NCBI GenBank assembly: GCA_002422025.1
Contig: DISV01000004.1
Location: 102,578 to 166,577 of the forward strand
Direction of reading: 5' to 3'
Origin: Patescibacteria group bacterium UBA6201
GTDB lineage: Bacteria; Patescibacteriota; Minisyncoccia; Phycocordibacterales; UBA918
DNA length: 64,000 nucleotides
The notes beneath the pieces are model-generated. The model ran no database searches. It saw only the letters and a program-made list of their open reading frames with translations, and had not been told where the DNA came from. Within the stretch, counting starts at the first letter, position 1. Each line of letters opens with the position of its first letter. A program made the position numbers and the translations under genes. This document shows positions 21,263 to 29,989 of the stretch, one piece after another.

Positions 21263-21547
21263 CTACTGTGAGAAAGGATTTGGACGTCCAGCCGACACAC
21301 TCTCCGGATTAGTGTTGAACGAAACTAAAGAGCGGAACCGTGCATCATCAAAAAAGTCCCGCGATAGATCAATATTTTGAATCTCATTCAGACGCATAAG
21401 AAATTCTGTTGCCAAAAGCTCCCCCTCACTTACACCACCATCAACAGCAAGATTAGCTTCTTTGTTAACCGAAAAAATATAATAACCAGCGTAAAGTAGG
21501 CCAGCCAGGACAATGAAAATCAAAAGGTTTTTTAGTAGAGATGACAT
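21263..21547 (-). CDS. Hypothetical small single-TM protein in the PilP position
   Basis: 94 aa with N-terminal TM LLIFIVLAGLLYAGYYIF; located between pilO and pilB. Confidence 0.3.
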   Translation of the reverse strand: MSSLLKNLLIFIVLAGLLYAGYYIFSVNKEANLAVDGGVSEGELLATEFLMRLNEIQNIDLSRDFFDDARFRSLVSFNTNPESVSAGRPNPFSQ

Positions 21548-21555
21548 AATTTATC

Positions 21556-22179
21556 TTAAGACGCTGGCAAGGCGTAAGCCTCTAACAATAATGAGTACTG
21601 TAGCAAACTAGAATCAATTTCTTCAAGCTCAAATTTAAATTCAACTAACTTTAAAGGATAAGCATTTCGCTCCAAGTCACCGAGCATCGCCTTCATCTGT
21701 TCATATGTACCAACTACCTCAACTTCAAACTGCTGAACCACCAACACACCGCTCTGGCTTCCTAATAATTCTTGATCTACCAATGCACCAGTGTTCGGGT
21801 CATAGGCCGCGCTTTCTTCTACCTGGCCGTCGGCAGAATATACCGTAACCGGAAGTACCTCACTCGGGATTATATCTAGAAGCAAAAGACGGTTTCGAGA
21901 AACTATATTAGAGATATCATTTGCGACTAAAGTAGCGTCAATCTCTTTTGGTAAGTAACGTTCTAAAACCGATCGGTCATAGCCACTTAACGCGTTAGTT
22001 TGATTTACGAGAGTTTGTAACTGCTGGTTATAGCGACTAATATTGTCTAAAGCTGTTTGGTACGCCGCTACTTCACTTTGATCGATACGAATCGAATCTA
22101 TTTTTGGCTTCACGACACTAAAAGCGATAATTATCGCTACGACCAACAATGTAATTTGTATACCAACTTGAAATCTCAT
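21556..22179 (-). CDS. pilO: PilO-like inner-membrane pilus alignment protein
   Basis: N-terminal TM, coiled-coil then periplasmic domain; operon position. Confidence 0.5.
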   Translation of the reverse strand: MRFQVGIQITLLVVAIIIAFSVVKPKIDSIRIDQSEVAAYQTALDNISRYNQQLQTLVNQTNALSGYDRSVLERYLPKEIDATLVANDISNIVSRNRLLLLDIIPSEVLPVTVYSADGQVEESAAYDPNTGALVDQELLGSQSGVLVVQQFEVEVVGTYEQMKAMLGDLERNAYPLKLVEFKFELEEIDSSLLQYSLLLEAYALPAS

Positions 22180-22181
22180 AA

Positions 22182-22949
22182 TTATTGATTGACTTCCGTA
22201 GTCGACGTTGCCCCAACCTCCTCATTGTTGGTGACCGTGGATTCTGTAGCCTCGGTAGTGGAAGTAGCACTGTCGGTTATTACAACATTCTCTTCTCCCG
22301 TCAGGGGCTCTGCACCAGTCACAGTACTAGCCTCTTGTTCTGGTAGATAAGCGATACTGGATATATCTCGTGTGTCTGAGAACACGAATGAAAGGGTGGC
22401 TGAGCCAAGTATATTACTATCACCTTCGCCCTCACCAACACTGTAGTCATATTCTACAACCTTAGAGTCCTTGAGTAGACTACTGTTACCAAGAAGATTT
22501 TGTTGACTAATAATTTCTGTGAAATTATCTGCCTGACCAGTTAGATCAATTTGGAATTGATTGTTTGGTAAGTGCTGATAATGCATACCAGAAAAATAAA
22601 TATTTGAGGCAACTATTGCTTCAATGTCGCTAAAGATACGTGAAGGCGCCGAAGAGTTGTTTAAAAGTTCTTCAGCTGCAGCTAATCTCTGATGCAGTTG
22701 CTTAATGTTCTCTATGTCGTCCAAAGAGAACCTCTGTCTTTCTGCCACCATCTGATCACGCAATGAGGATAGGTCTCGGCTTACGATAGCTCCATAGACA
22801 TACACACCAATAACCGAAAACAATGTACTAAAAAAGACAATGTAGCTTATGTAAGCTAGCACGTAGATACGACGAGTACCTTTAGTGCGTTGCACCGTCT
22901 TTACTCCGCTTTTTGGTATGAAAGAAGTGCCTTCAGGCGCCATATACAA
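22182..22949 (-). CDS. pilN: PilN-like fimbrial assembly protein
   Basis: N-terminal TM VLAYISYIVFFSTLFSVIGVYVYGAIV; follows pilM. Confidence 0.5.
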   Translation of the reverse strand: MYMAPEGTSFIPKSGVKTVQRTKGTRRIYVLAYISYIVFFSTLFSVIGVYVYGAIVSRDLSSLRDQMVAERQRFSLDDIENIKQLHQRLAAAEELLNNSSAPSRIFSDIEAIVASNIYFSGMHYQHLPNNQFQIDLTGQADNFTEIISQQNLLGNSSLLKDSKVVEYDYSVGEGEGDSNILGSATLSFVFSDTRDISSIAYLPEQEASTVTGAEPLTGEENVVITDSATSTTEATESTVTNNEEVGATSTTEVNQ

Positions 22950-23082
22950 TTTATTATACGCCCACTCTGCAAATCGCTTTTATTCTCTCTGTGGACAAGG
23001 TTCTTTAAACTATCTGGTTATATGGTCTTTTAGTTTTCTGGTCGGATGGTTTCTGCTAATCCCTACGACTATATTGGCAACT

Positions 23083-24168
23083 TTATTGGAATTTGCGTAG
23101 TGCGGCGCCGAGCGCCACACCAAAAGATGAACCAATGGTTTTTAAAGTATCCTCCATAAACGCTGGATAAGCGACCTTAGCAAAAGGATGTGCCAATTCC
23201 ACTGGCCGAGCAAATCGTTCTTTAATGTACTCTAAGGCGTAAGGAGACGCAGAAACGCCACCCGTGATAACAATACGACCAATCTGTTCATTCAGACGGG
23301 CTTCGTACTGACCAATCAGTCGGCCAAATTCTGAAAGTGAGTTTTCTAAGACTGAAGTCATAGACTGATAGATAACTGGTCCCTGCTCTACCCCTCTATC
23401 AAAGGCACGCTTCTGATTCTCAGCTTCTTCAAAACCTATATTTAAACGTTCTGCGGTCAATCGAGTAATCTCACGACCACCCTGGCCGACGCGATGGAGT
23501 CGCTCCAACATACCGCCGCGGACTATGTATAACTTAGAACTTTTTGCACCAAGATCAATAATGGCTAGCGTCGAATCTTTCTGACGCCACAGAGACCGAA
23601 TCAAACTAAATGCTTCTATTTCTGCCGATTCTCCAGTCATACCAATCGCAGCAAATAGTTCTCGATGCTCTGCTAGAGCCTTATTCTCTATTGCGGCTAC
23701 AAGCACTTCTTTAAGATTACTTTTATTGTCTCCAACTGGGGGCAACTCGGACCAATCTAGAGTAACATCACTTAAAGGTAGTGGAACATACTTGCGAGCC
23801 TCGACAGGAATACGATTCGCTATATCTTCTTGTGGGCCTACGGTCACTGGAATAACAGTCAAGAAACTGGAATATAAGGACATTGCCAAAGCGCCATTAT
23901 GACCACTGACGCCAGACTCACGCATCACGTCGGTTACAGCCTCTATTTTTTTCTCTCTGGACAAGTCCACTATTTCACCCAAAGGCTTAGCATCATAAGG
24001 GCCAAGTTGGAGCTCTCCATATGTACGTAACATTACCGTGCGTGGTGTCTCTTCTATTTCTACAACCTTTACTGAAGCACTACCAACATCAATACCTACA
24101 GTGGTGGCACCAGCGTCTTTTGTCGCCTCTCTCACTCCACCAAATATTTTTTTAAAGGAAAAGACCAT
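23083..24168 (-). CDS. pilM: Type IV pilus assembly protein PilM (actin-like ATPase)
   Basis: VGIDVGSASVKVVEIEE and DLGAKSSKLYIVRGG sugar-kinase/actin fold motifs. Confidence 0.8.
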   Translation of the reverse strand: MVFSFKKIFGGVREATKDAGATTVGIDVGSASVKVVEIEETPRTVMLRTYGELQLGPYDAKPLGEIVDLSREKKIEAVTDVMRESGVSGHNGALAMSLYSSFLTVIPVTVGPQEDIANRIPVEARKYVPLPLSDVTLDWSELPPVGDNKSNLKEVLVAAIENKALAEHRELFAAIGMTGESAEIEAFSLIRSLWRQKDSTLAIIDLGAKSSKLYIVRGGMLERLHRVGQGGREITRLTAERLNIGFEEAENQKRAFDRGVEQGPVIYQSMTSVLENSLSEFGRLIGQYEARLNEQIGRIVITGGVSASPYALEYIKERFARPVELAHPFAKVAYPAFMEDTLKTIGSSFGVALGAALRKFQ

Positions 24169-24254
24169 ATTAGTAACAAGTTCAAAAATAAAAATGTAAA
24201 AAAGTTACAATTTAAAATTGAATGACACTATCATTATAACGTTAATACACAAAA

Positions 24255-24860
24255 ATGCTGGCATTGTTTTTAAAATTCTGTGAGTATGTCTTTCCACAAC
24301 GAGTGGAGTACCGTATGGTACATGACCTTGAAATAGACGATTTATTATTTCACCTATTACCAACCACTCGTGACAATATAGTTTCGTTACTGCCTTTCAA
24401 TGAGCCCATTGTTCGTGCTGTCATACATGAGGCAAAATTCCAACACAACGAAAAGGCTTGGGGTTTACTAGGAGAGGTATTGGTACAATATTTAAAACAC
24501 CACGACAGAGACACGGTACTGATACCAATCCCCTTGTCGGAAACAAGACGTCACAAACGTAAGTATAACCAAGTAGCGGAAATAGCTAAGTGCGCACAAA
24601 AATTATTGGTACATCAGAAACTTAGCAGTGACGCCCTGTTTAGAAAACGCGACACTGTGCCACAAACCACTCTGAATCGCAAAGAAAGATTGAAGAATGT
24701 TGCGGACGCCTTCGGCGTCCGCAACATTCTCCAAATCAAAAACCAAAACGTCATTATCCTCGACGACGTAGCTACGACTGGTGCAACCCTCAAAGCAGCC
24801 CATATGGCTTTAGAGGCACATCACCCCACCTCCATCACTCTCCTTTCTCTGGCTCGTTAG
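24255..24860 (+). CDS. comF: ComF-family protein (phosphoribosyltransferase domain)
   Basis: PRTase motif VIILDDVATTGATL; adjacent to the pilus/competence locus. Confidence 0.7.
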   Translation: MLALFLKFCEYVFPQRVEYRMVHDLEIDDLLFHLLPTTRDNIVSLLPFNEPIVRAVIHEAKFQHNEKAWGLLGEVLVQYLKHHDRDTVLIPIPLSETRRHKRKYNQVAEIAKCAQKLLVHQKLSSDALFRKRDTVPQTTLNRKERLKNVADAFGVRNILQIKNQNVIILDDVATTGATLKAAHMALEAHHPTSITLLSLAR

Positions 24861-24911
24861 AAACGCTCTGAGGTCTCGCCGCCTAAATAATTGCTCAAGG
24901 GGCATCGAAAC

Positions 24912-26132
24912 TTAGGGTAGTTTCAAAGCCAAGCGCTCGAGTGCCACCTTAAAGGCTGCAATTCTCATTGTCACTCCTAATACCTCAGCATTGCCATATA
25001 TATTGTCAGCTTGCGAAACTAAGGTCTCACGCAACCTCTTTAAAACCTCTTCCTCACTCCAATGTTCTCCTTTTATATTTTGTTCCCATTCTAAAGTCGA
25101 CACCACCACCCCGCCGGCATTAGCTAGAATATCCGGTACGACCTTGACGCCTCGCTTCCATAAAATATCATCGGCTTCTGGTGTAGTTGGTCCATTCGCC
25201 AGCTCTAACACCATCTTTGCCTGTACATGCGGAGCATTTTCCTCAGTTAACTGGTTTTCGAGTGCCGCTGGCACCAATACATCCACTGGTAATTCTAGCA
25301 ACTCGGCGTTTGTGAGCATCTTCACGTTTGGAAAACCTTTCAAAGAACGATGTTCCGCTTTATATCTCTCAACCGCTTCCGGATCGAGTCCTTCTTCATT
25401 ATAAATAGCGTCCTTTGAATCTGACATTGCCACCACTTTGTGACTGTGATTTACGAATATGCGGGCAGCGTGCCCACCCACATTACCCATTCCTTGCACC
25501 GCAACAGATACGCTACCGGCAAGATTCAACTTTTCCCTCAGGGCTTCGAATACGTAATACCCGCCCTGACCTGTCGCCACACCTCTTCCTTCCGACCCGC
25601 CCTCTTTGACGGGTTTACCAGTAAAAGCCGCTCGGGATGTATCACCTGTCAGTTTTTCATATTCATCAACCATCCAAGACATTATTTCTGGAGTGGTATT
25701 AACATCCGGTGCCGGCACATCGACCTGGGGACCAAGGTCACGGTAGAGAGCACGAACGAAGCCACGAGACAAACGTTCGAGCTCGGCAGATGAAAGCATA
25801 TCCGGATCGACAACCACCCCACCCTTCCCGCCACCCATCAAAATATCAGCCACAGCGGTCTTCATAGTCATCCACAGAGCTAAAGCACGCACTTCATCCA
25901 AATTGGCTTCAGGATGAAAGCGTATTCCACCCTTATATGGACCACGTAAGCTACAGTGTTGCACTCGGTACCCCTCAAAGAAGCGTGTCGAACCATCATC
26001 CATCGTAAGTGGTATCGTGACAGTAATCTCCCGCTCAGCCCTGGATAGTCGTTCTATAAGTTCGTTCGGGAAGTCGCTACCATGTGCTGCCAGATGAAGT
26101 TGTCTCTGGGCACTTTCAAACGGATTAACCAT
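24912..26132 (-). CDS. gdh: Glu/Leu/Phe/Val-family (glutamate) dehydrogenase
   Basis: KGGIRFHPEANLDEV...GGGKGG catalytic and glycine-rich motifs; start taken at MVNPFESAQRQL. Confidence 0.9.
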   Translation of the reverse strand: MVNPFESAQRQLHLAAHGSDFPNELIERLSRAEREITVTIPLTMDDGSTRFFEGYRVQHCSLRGPYKGGIRFHPEANLDEVRALALWMTMKTAVADILMGGGKGGVVVDPDMLSSAELERLSRGFVRALYRDLGPQVDVPAPDVNTTPEIMSWMVDEYEKLTGDTSRAAFTGKPVKEGGSEGRGVATGQGGYYVFEALREKLNLAGSVSVAVQGMGNVGGHAARIFVNHSHKVVAMSDSKDAIYNEEGLDPEAVERYKAEHRSLKGFPNVKMLTNAELLELPVDVLVPAALENQLTEENAPHVQAKMVLELANGPTTPEADDILWKRGVKVVPDILANAGGVVVSTLEWEQNIKGEHWSEEEVLKRLRETLVSQADNIYGNAEVLGVTMRIAAFKVALERLALKLP

Positions 26133-26296
26133 GAAAATATTTGTTGTTAAAGAACCTATATCATACATCACAGAGTGATTTTCGCGTCTAAATGGCCCGT
26201 TTGGAGTATAACTAAGTTATACACAGTTGCGCTTGGCAAGGCCAAAAAGGCCATTTTCAGTGCTAAACTATTCACATAACAGTAATTTATACCGAC

Positions 26297-26551
26297 ATGC
26301 CAAAAGCTAATTCAGCGTTTATGAAGCCGATGACTATCAGCCCAGAGTTGGCTGAGGTGGTTGGAAAAGGTCCTATGCCCCGTTCAGAGGTAGTAAAAGA
26401 AATCTGGGCTTACATTAAGAAGAACGATTTGCAAAATCCAGCCAATAAACGAAACATCCTCGCTGATGACAAACTCAAAGCTGTCTTTGGCGGCAAGAGT
26501 GAGGTAACAATGTTTGAAATGACCAAGCTCGTCTCTGCACACCTCTCATAA
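26297..26551 (+). CDS. SWIB/MDM2-domain protein
   Basis: VVKEIWAYIKKNDLQNPANKRNILADDKLKAVFG...VTMFEMTKLVSAHL matches the SWIB fold consensus. Confidence 0.7.
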   Translation: MPKANSAFMKPMTISPELAEVVGKGPMPRSEVVKEIWAYIKKNDLQNPANKRNILADDKLKAVFGGKSEVTMFEMTKLVSAHLS

Positions 26552-26572
26552 TCAAAATCGTTCAGTTGACGT

Positions 26573-26611
26573 AAACGTCCCTCTCTGCGAAAATGCCGAG
26601 AGGGACGTTTG
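26573..26611. terminator. 13-bp perfect stem hairpin after the SWIB gene
   Basis: aaacgtccctctc-N12-gagagggacgttt. Confidence 0.6.
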
Positions 26612-26904
26612 TAAATGGAGAGAATTTGATGACGGGTATTCTGGCTGAAAACCAGGCTTTGTACGACATACGAAAGACATTGACGATTGATGAAATAATG
26701 GATATAGAGGAATCTGATCCAGATGCGCTAATCATAAGTTTTTGGCTCTTCGTACCAGACAGAAATGCATTGTTTGACATGGTCATGATGACCTTTTGGT
26801 CTATTTTTGGTATCAGGTAACAAGCAGACAATAAAGGTTAGTCCCAGAGAAAATAGAAAAGGCGCCGACAGCATAGCTGCGGCGCCCTTTTGTTGATAAT
26901 CTAG

Positions 26905-27087
26905 TCAACAAACGTCGATGTGTATCTGTGACGACCCATCATCACGATTGCACCCCGGCAATCGTTTTGGATGGACCTCTTTTGGATCAAGGTCGCCGTC
27001 GGCAACAGCGCGCCATAATTTCGAAGCAGGGCCAGATTCAGCCACAACTTCTCTTTCCTTTTCAAGACCACTTTTTTCTCCGTCCAT
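26905..27087 (-). CDS. Hypothetical 60-aa protein with strong RBS
   Basis: AAGGAGaaaaaaATG SD and spacing; GC hairpin terminator downstream (26845-26885); direct repeat ACGTTGA x2 just upstream. Confidence 0.35.
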   Translation of the reverse strand: MDGEKSGLEKEREVVAESGPASKLWRAVADGDLDPKEVHPKRLPGCNRDDGSSQIHIDVC

Positions 27088-27420
27088 TTTTTTCTCCTTA
27101 AATTGGACGTTGACTAAGACGTTGATTAAACTAAACAGAACTAAACCCTCTCCTCAAAATATAAGGTCAACCCATTACAGAATCAACCCTGTATTTCTTG
27201 GAGCGTTACTACACGCGAGCCAACCCGACCCTGTTTTTGAGGATCGTCAGAGACATAAGGAAAAACCAATTTATGGCCCTTTGTGTTTCCTGTGTCGACT
27301 TACCTGTCATAAAGTGAATATAGCTCCGCACTATAGAAGTGTCAACCAAGAGAAGTGCCTAGTGTGGATATCGTGCACTACTTGACGAGTCAGATAAAAG
27401 CCCCGACTTATGCGTATAGT

Positions 27421-27717
27421 TTATTCACTTCGCAGAGCATCAACTGGTTGAAGCTTTGACGCACGACGCGCCGGATACACACCAAAAACTACACCAACTG
27501 CAAGTGCGATGAAAGCAGCAAAGAATATAACCTGCCAAGAAATAATAATGGTCACAAAGTTACTGTTTGCGAGTACCTGATTAGCTAAAGTAGAACCTCC
27601 GATTGCGATAATAATGCCGACAATGCCACCAAAAACAGTAAGTAGTACCGATTCGGTAAGTATCTGAAGTAAGATATCCCGATCACGAGCGCCAACCGCT
27701 TTTGTAACTCGATTTCT
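27421..27717 (-). pseudogene. C-terminal remnant of a MacB/FtsX-type ABC transporter permease
   Basis: Hand translation KAVGARDRDILLQILTESVLLTVFGGIVGIIIAIGG...AVGVVFGVYPARRASKLQPVDALRSE*; preceded by an in-frame stop; no upstream continuation in any frame. Confidence 0.6.
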
Positions 27718-27787
27718 TTATGCGACACAAAACATACACTATCTTCTTTTTCGACCGTAGTATTAAGTCCTGCGGCCCATTCAACTA

Positions 27788-28357
27788 TCAAGTATTTTGC
27801 CACTCAATAATATATTCAATCGGATAAATAAAGTTCACTATATTGAGAGTGAGATTGTCTCGGATTGAGATGCCGACGAGCAGTTCAAGAATAACGGCCA
27901 ACCCTATGATTACCCATAGAGGACTAAACCGTGCAATCACAAAACCAACGATCATTGCAAAAGTATCAGAGACTGAGTTTATGATACTGTCGCCAGAGTA
28001 AGTCTGTGCAATCTCTTGTGCGCGATACGCACCAATCACCCATGGAGTATTTTCAAGTAGTTCCCAAGCCACTTCCCCACCTATGGCTATACAGAGTCGC
28101 TGACTGGCTGATAGTCGTGGAAATAACACCATGGTTGCTGCATAAAAAAGAAAGCCGTGAATGATGTGCGAGAAGGTAAACCAATCAGTTAGATGTTGGG
28201 AATCAGTTGCTAAGTGGAGTGCCCCTTCCCAAAGGGATACATATCCGCAAGGACATATAGGATTTCTGCCCAACAAAAATAAAGTGACCACCTGAATAAC
28301 AATCAGCAATGCGATCCAGATAAGTGGTGCGTATTTGTGTTTCGTAAGGATATACAT
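27788..28357 (-). CDS. Hypothetical polytopic membrane protein (C-P-C motif)
   Basis: 189-aa hydrophobic ORF that replaces the 5' part of the permease gene. Confidence 0.5.
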   Translation of the reverse strand: MYILTKHKYAPLIWIALLIVIQVVTLFLLGRNPICPCGYVSLWEGALHLATDSQHLTDWFTFSHIIHGFLFYAATMVLFPRLSASQRLCIAIGGEVAWELLENTPWVIGAYRAQEIAQTYSGDSIINSVSDTFAMIVGFVIARFSPLWVIIGLAVILELLVGISIRDNLTLNIVNFIYPIEYIIEWQNT

Positions 28358-28359
28358 AA

Positions 28360-29052
28360 TTAGCTAATGTAATAACCAGGTGGCGGCCAGGTGTGTAAAA
28401 GAGTGGCAACAAGAATGTAAAACAAAAGGTGTATTGTGTAGGAATACACGAAACCGGCGCGCGCACGCAAGATAAGAAATGGAAAGACAAACGAGGAAAG
28501 AAGCGCACCAATCGTGATAATTACTCCATATGGAGTAGGCATCCCACTTACAAACACATACGCTATATGTATACTGACAAATAAAACAGCGTACGCTATC
28601 ACAACTTTTTTAAAGGACTTGAGTCCATCAACGAGTGCCTGAATAAGAATCAATATCAATATTTGTTGCAATAGAATCTCGGCTGCCTTAGGGAGAAAAT
28701 ACCATGGAGTAGCTAAAAGAATATCGGAATATGGAGCAAAAACCGGTCCAGTTAAGGTTGGCAGAAAGGAGTAGATATAGAGTATCCCCCAAACAACAAA
28801 AAATGCACCGATACTTAAAGTGGCGTACCACCACAATCTTTTCCCTAAGGGGAACCTCCGTCCATATAGGTATTCAAAATATAAAATCGCCACCACTGCC
28901 CAACCAGAGAAATAAAGAAAGATCCCTATCGGACTTGTGTTGTAGCTTGCGGCGTCACTTCCCGAAAATATAAAGTAATAGCCAATATTTGCTAATGCCC
29001 AGATAGCAGCCACAAAGATGAGACGCGCAGATATTTTTTTCCAGTCATGCAT
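28360..29052 (-). CDS. Hypothetical polytopic membrane protein (possible CPBP/Abi-like)
   Basis: About 231 aa from MHDWKK (upstream part of the ORF overlaps a tRNA); 6-7 TM segments. Confidence 0.5.
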   Translation of the reverse strand: MHDWKKISARLIFVAAIWALANIGYYFIFSGSDAASYNTSPIGIFLYFSGWAVVAILYFEYLYGRRFPLGKRLWWYATLSIGAFFVVWGILYIYSFLPTLTGPVFAPYSDILLATPWYFLPKAAEILLQQILILILIQALVDGLKSFKKVVIAYAVLFVSIHIAYVFVSGMPTPYGVIITIGALLSSFVFPFLILRARAGFVYSYTIHLLFYILVATLLHTWPPPGYYIS

Positions 29053-29140
29053 ACATCCACAGTATAGAGCATGTGTAATACTCTGTCTCCGCGAACAAAA
29101 CAGAATCACCCAACACTTGTGTGTTGGGCTGATTGTTTTG

Positions 29141-29227
29141 CGGAGGATGTGAGATTCGAACTCACGGGCAGTTTTACCCGCCGGCGGTTTAGTAAACCGC
29201 TGGTTTAAACCACTCACCCAATCCTCC
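29141..29227 (-). tRNA. Type II (long variable arm) Ser-like tRNA with apparent anticodon ACU
   Basis: Acceptor GGAGGAT/ATCCTCC, 3-bp D-stem GGT/ACC, anticodon arm GCGGT-TTACTAA-ACCGC, variable stem GGCGG/CTGCC, T-arm GTGAG-TTCGAAT-CTCAC. Confidence 0.5.
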
Positions 29228-29299
29228 ATATATTCGCTTCACTTAACTCCAACCGAGAACAGTGGCGACATTATAATCAGTTGAGGTGAAAAGTCTATA

Positions 29300-29481
29300 C
29301 ACGGGGACGGAAGGAGGGATTCAGTCACGAATAATTTTGTAATACAAAATTTTCTCGACCCCAGCTCGCTGGCCTGCGGCATCGCTCCGCTTTTCGAATC
29401 CCTCCGTAAAGCAAAGCAGTTTACTTTACTCCTTTTCCGCCCAATAAAATAACCACCCTAGTGGGTGGTATTTTATACGGG
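29300..29481 (-). repeat. tRNA-associated repeat also present at the tRNA-Asp locus, plus partial and inverted copies of the tRNA-Ser 3' end
   Basis: aaaattttctcgaccccagctcgctggcctgcggcatcgctccg matches 5234-5277 with 3 mismatches; gacggaaggagggattc is a copy of the tRNA 3' end. Confidence 0.55.
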
Positions 29482-29568
29482 CGGAAAAGGAGGGATTCGA
29501 ACCCTCGAGGGTTTTGACACCCTACCTCCTTAGCAAGGAGGCACATTCGACCACTCTGACACTTTTCC
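29482..29568 (-). tRNA. tRNA-Ser (anticodon GCU), type II
   Basis: Acceptor GGAAAAG/CTTTTCC, anticodon arm CCTCC-TTGCTAA-GGAGG, long variable arm, T-arm GAGGG-TTCGAAT-CCCTC. Confidence 0.7.
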
Positions 29569-29690
29569 AATGTGCAGTACATATTGCCCTATTTAAGGCA
29601 TCTTTTCAAATGTTTATATAACTTCTGCATCTTTTCAAAGTTTCACTTATATGCGATGCTTGAATTAGCGAAAGGGAGGAGGTGTACAAA

Positions 29691-29903
29691 ATGAAAGCCC
29701 GTTTGGAGCTAGTACTGTATGGCCGCATCGCGAAAGGTTGCTTGGCCCACAACATCGCTTCCAAGACCTCGGAAGCACCGTCAACAACAAAAGACACGCG
29801 GTCGAATGACTGTGGCGAAGTGTTCGACTGGCTAATGGGACGAACTGGTTTGACTTACGAATGTTTGAGCAGAATGCCCATTCGGTCACGCGCGCGCATG
29901 TAG
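29691..29903 (+). CDS. Hypothetical small basic protein (70 aa)
   Basis: Strong SD GGAGGAGGTG, 6 nt, ATG; GC-rich relative to surroundings; followed by a 9-bp stem hairpin. Confidence 0.35.
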   Translation: MKARLELVLYGRIAKGCLAHNIASKTSEAPSTTKDTRSNDCGEVFDWLMGRTGLTYECLSRMPIRSRARM

Positions 29904-29989
29904 TGATGCGCCCAAAGCTGTAATTAACTGTAATTAAATAATGGCCATGCACCTCTTAAGATGCATGGCCTAAATTTATTTGTCCAATA

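Noticed and set aside
26918-27385. 155-aa plus-strand ORF
   Set aside because: Low-complexity Ser/Pro-rich translation; no RBS; spans the terminator and an intergenic spacer antisense to a small gene.
28203-28511. 102-aa ORF overlapping the junction of the two membrane-protein genes
   Set aside because: Out-of-frame overlap with two longer hydrophobic ORFs.
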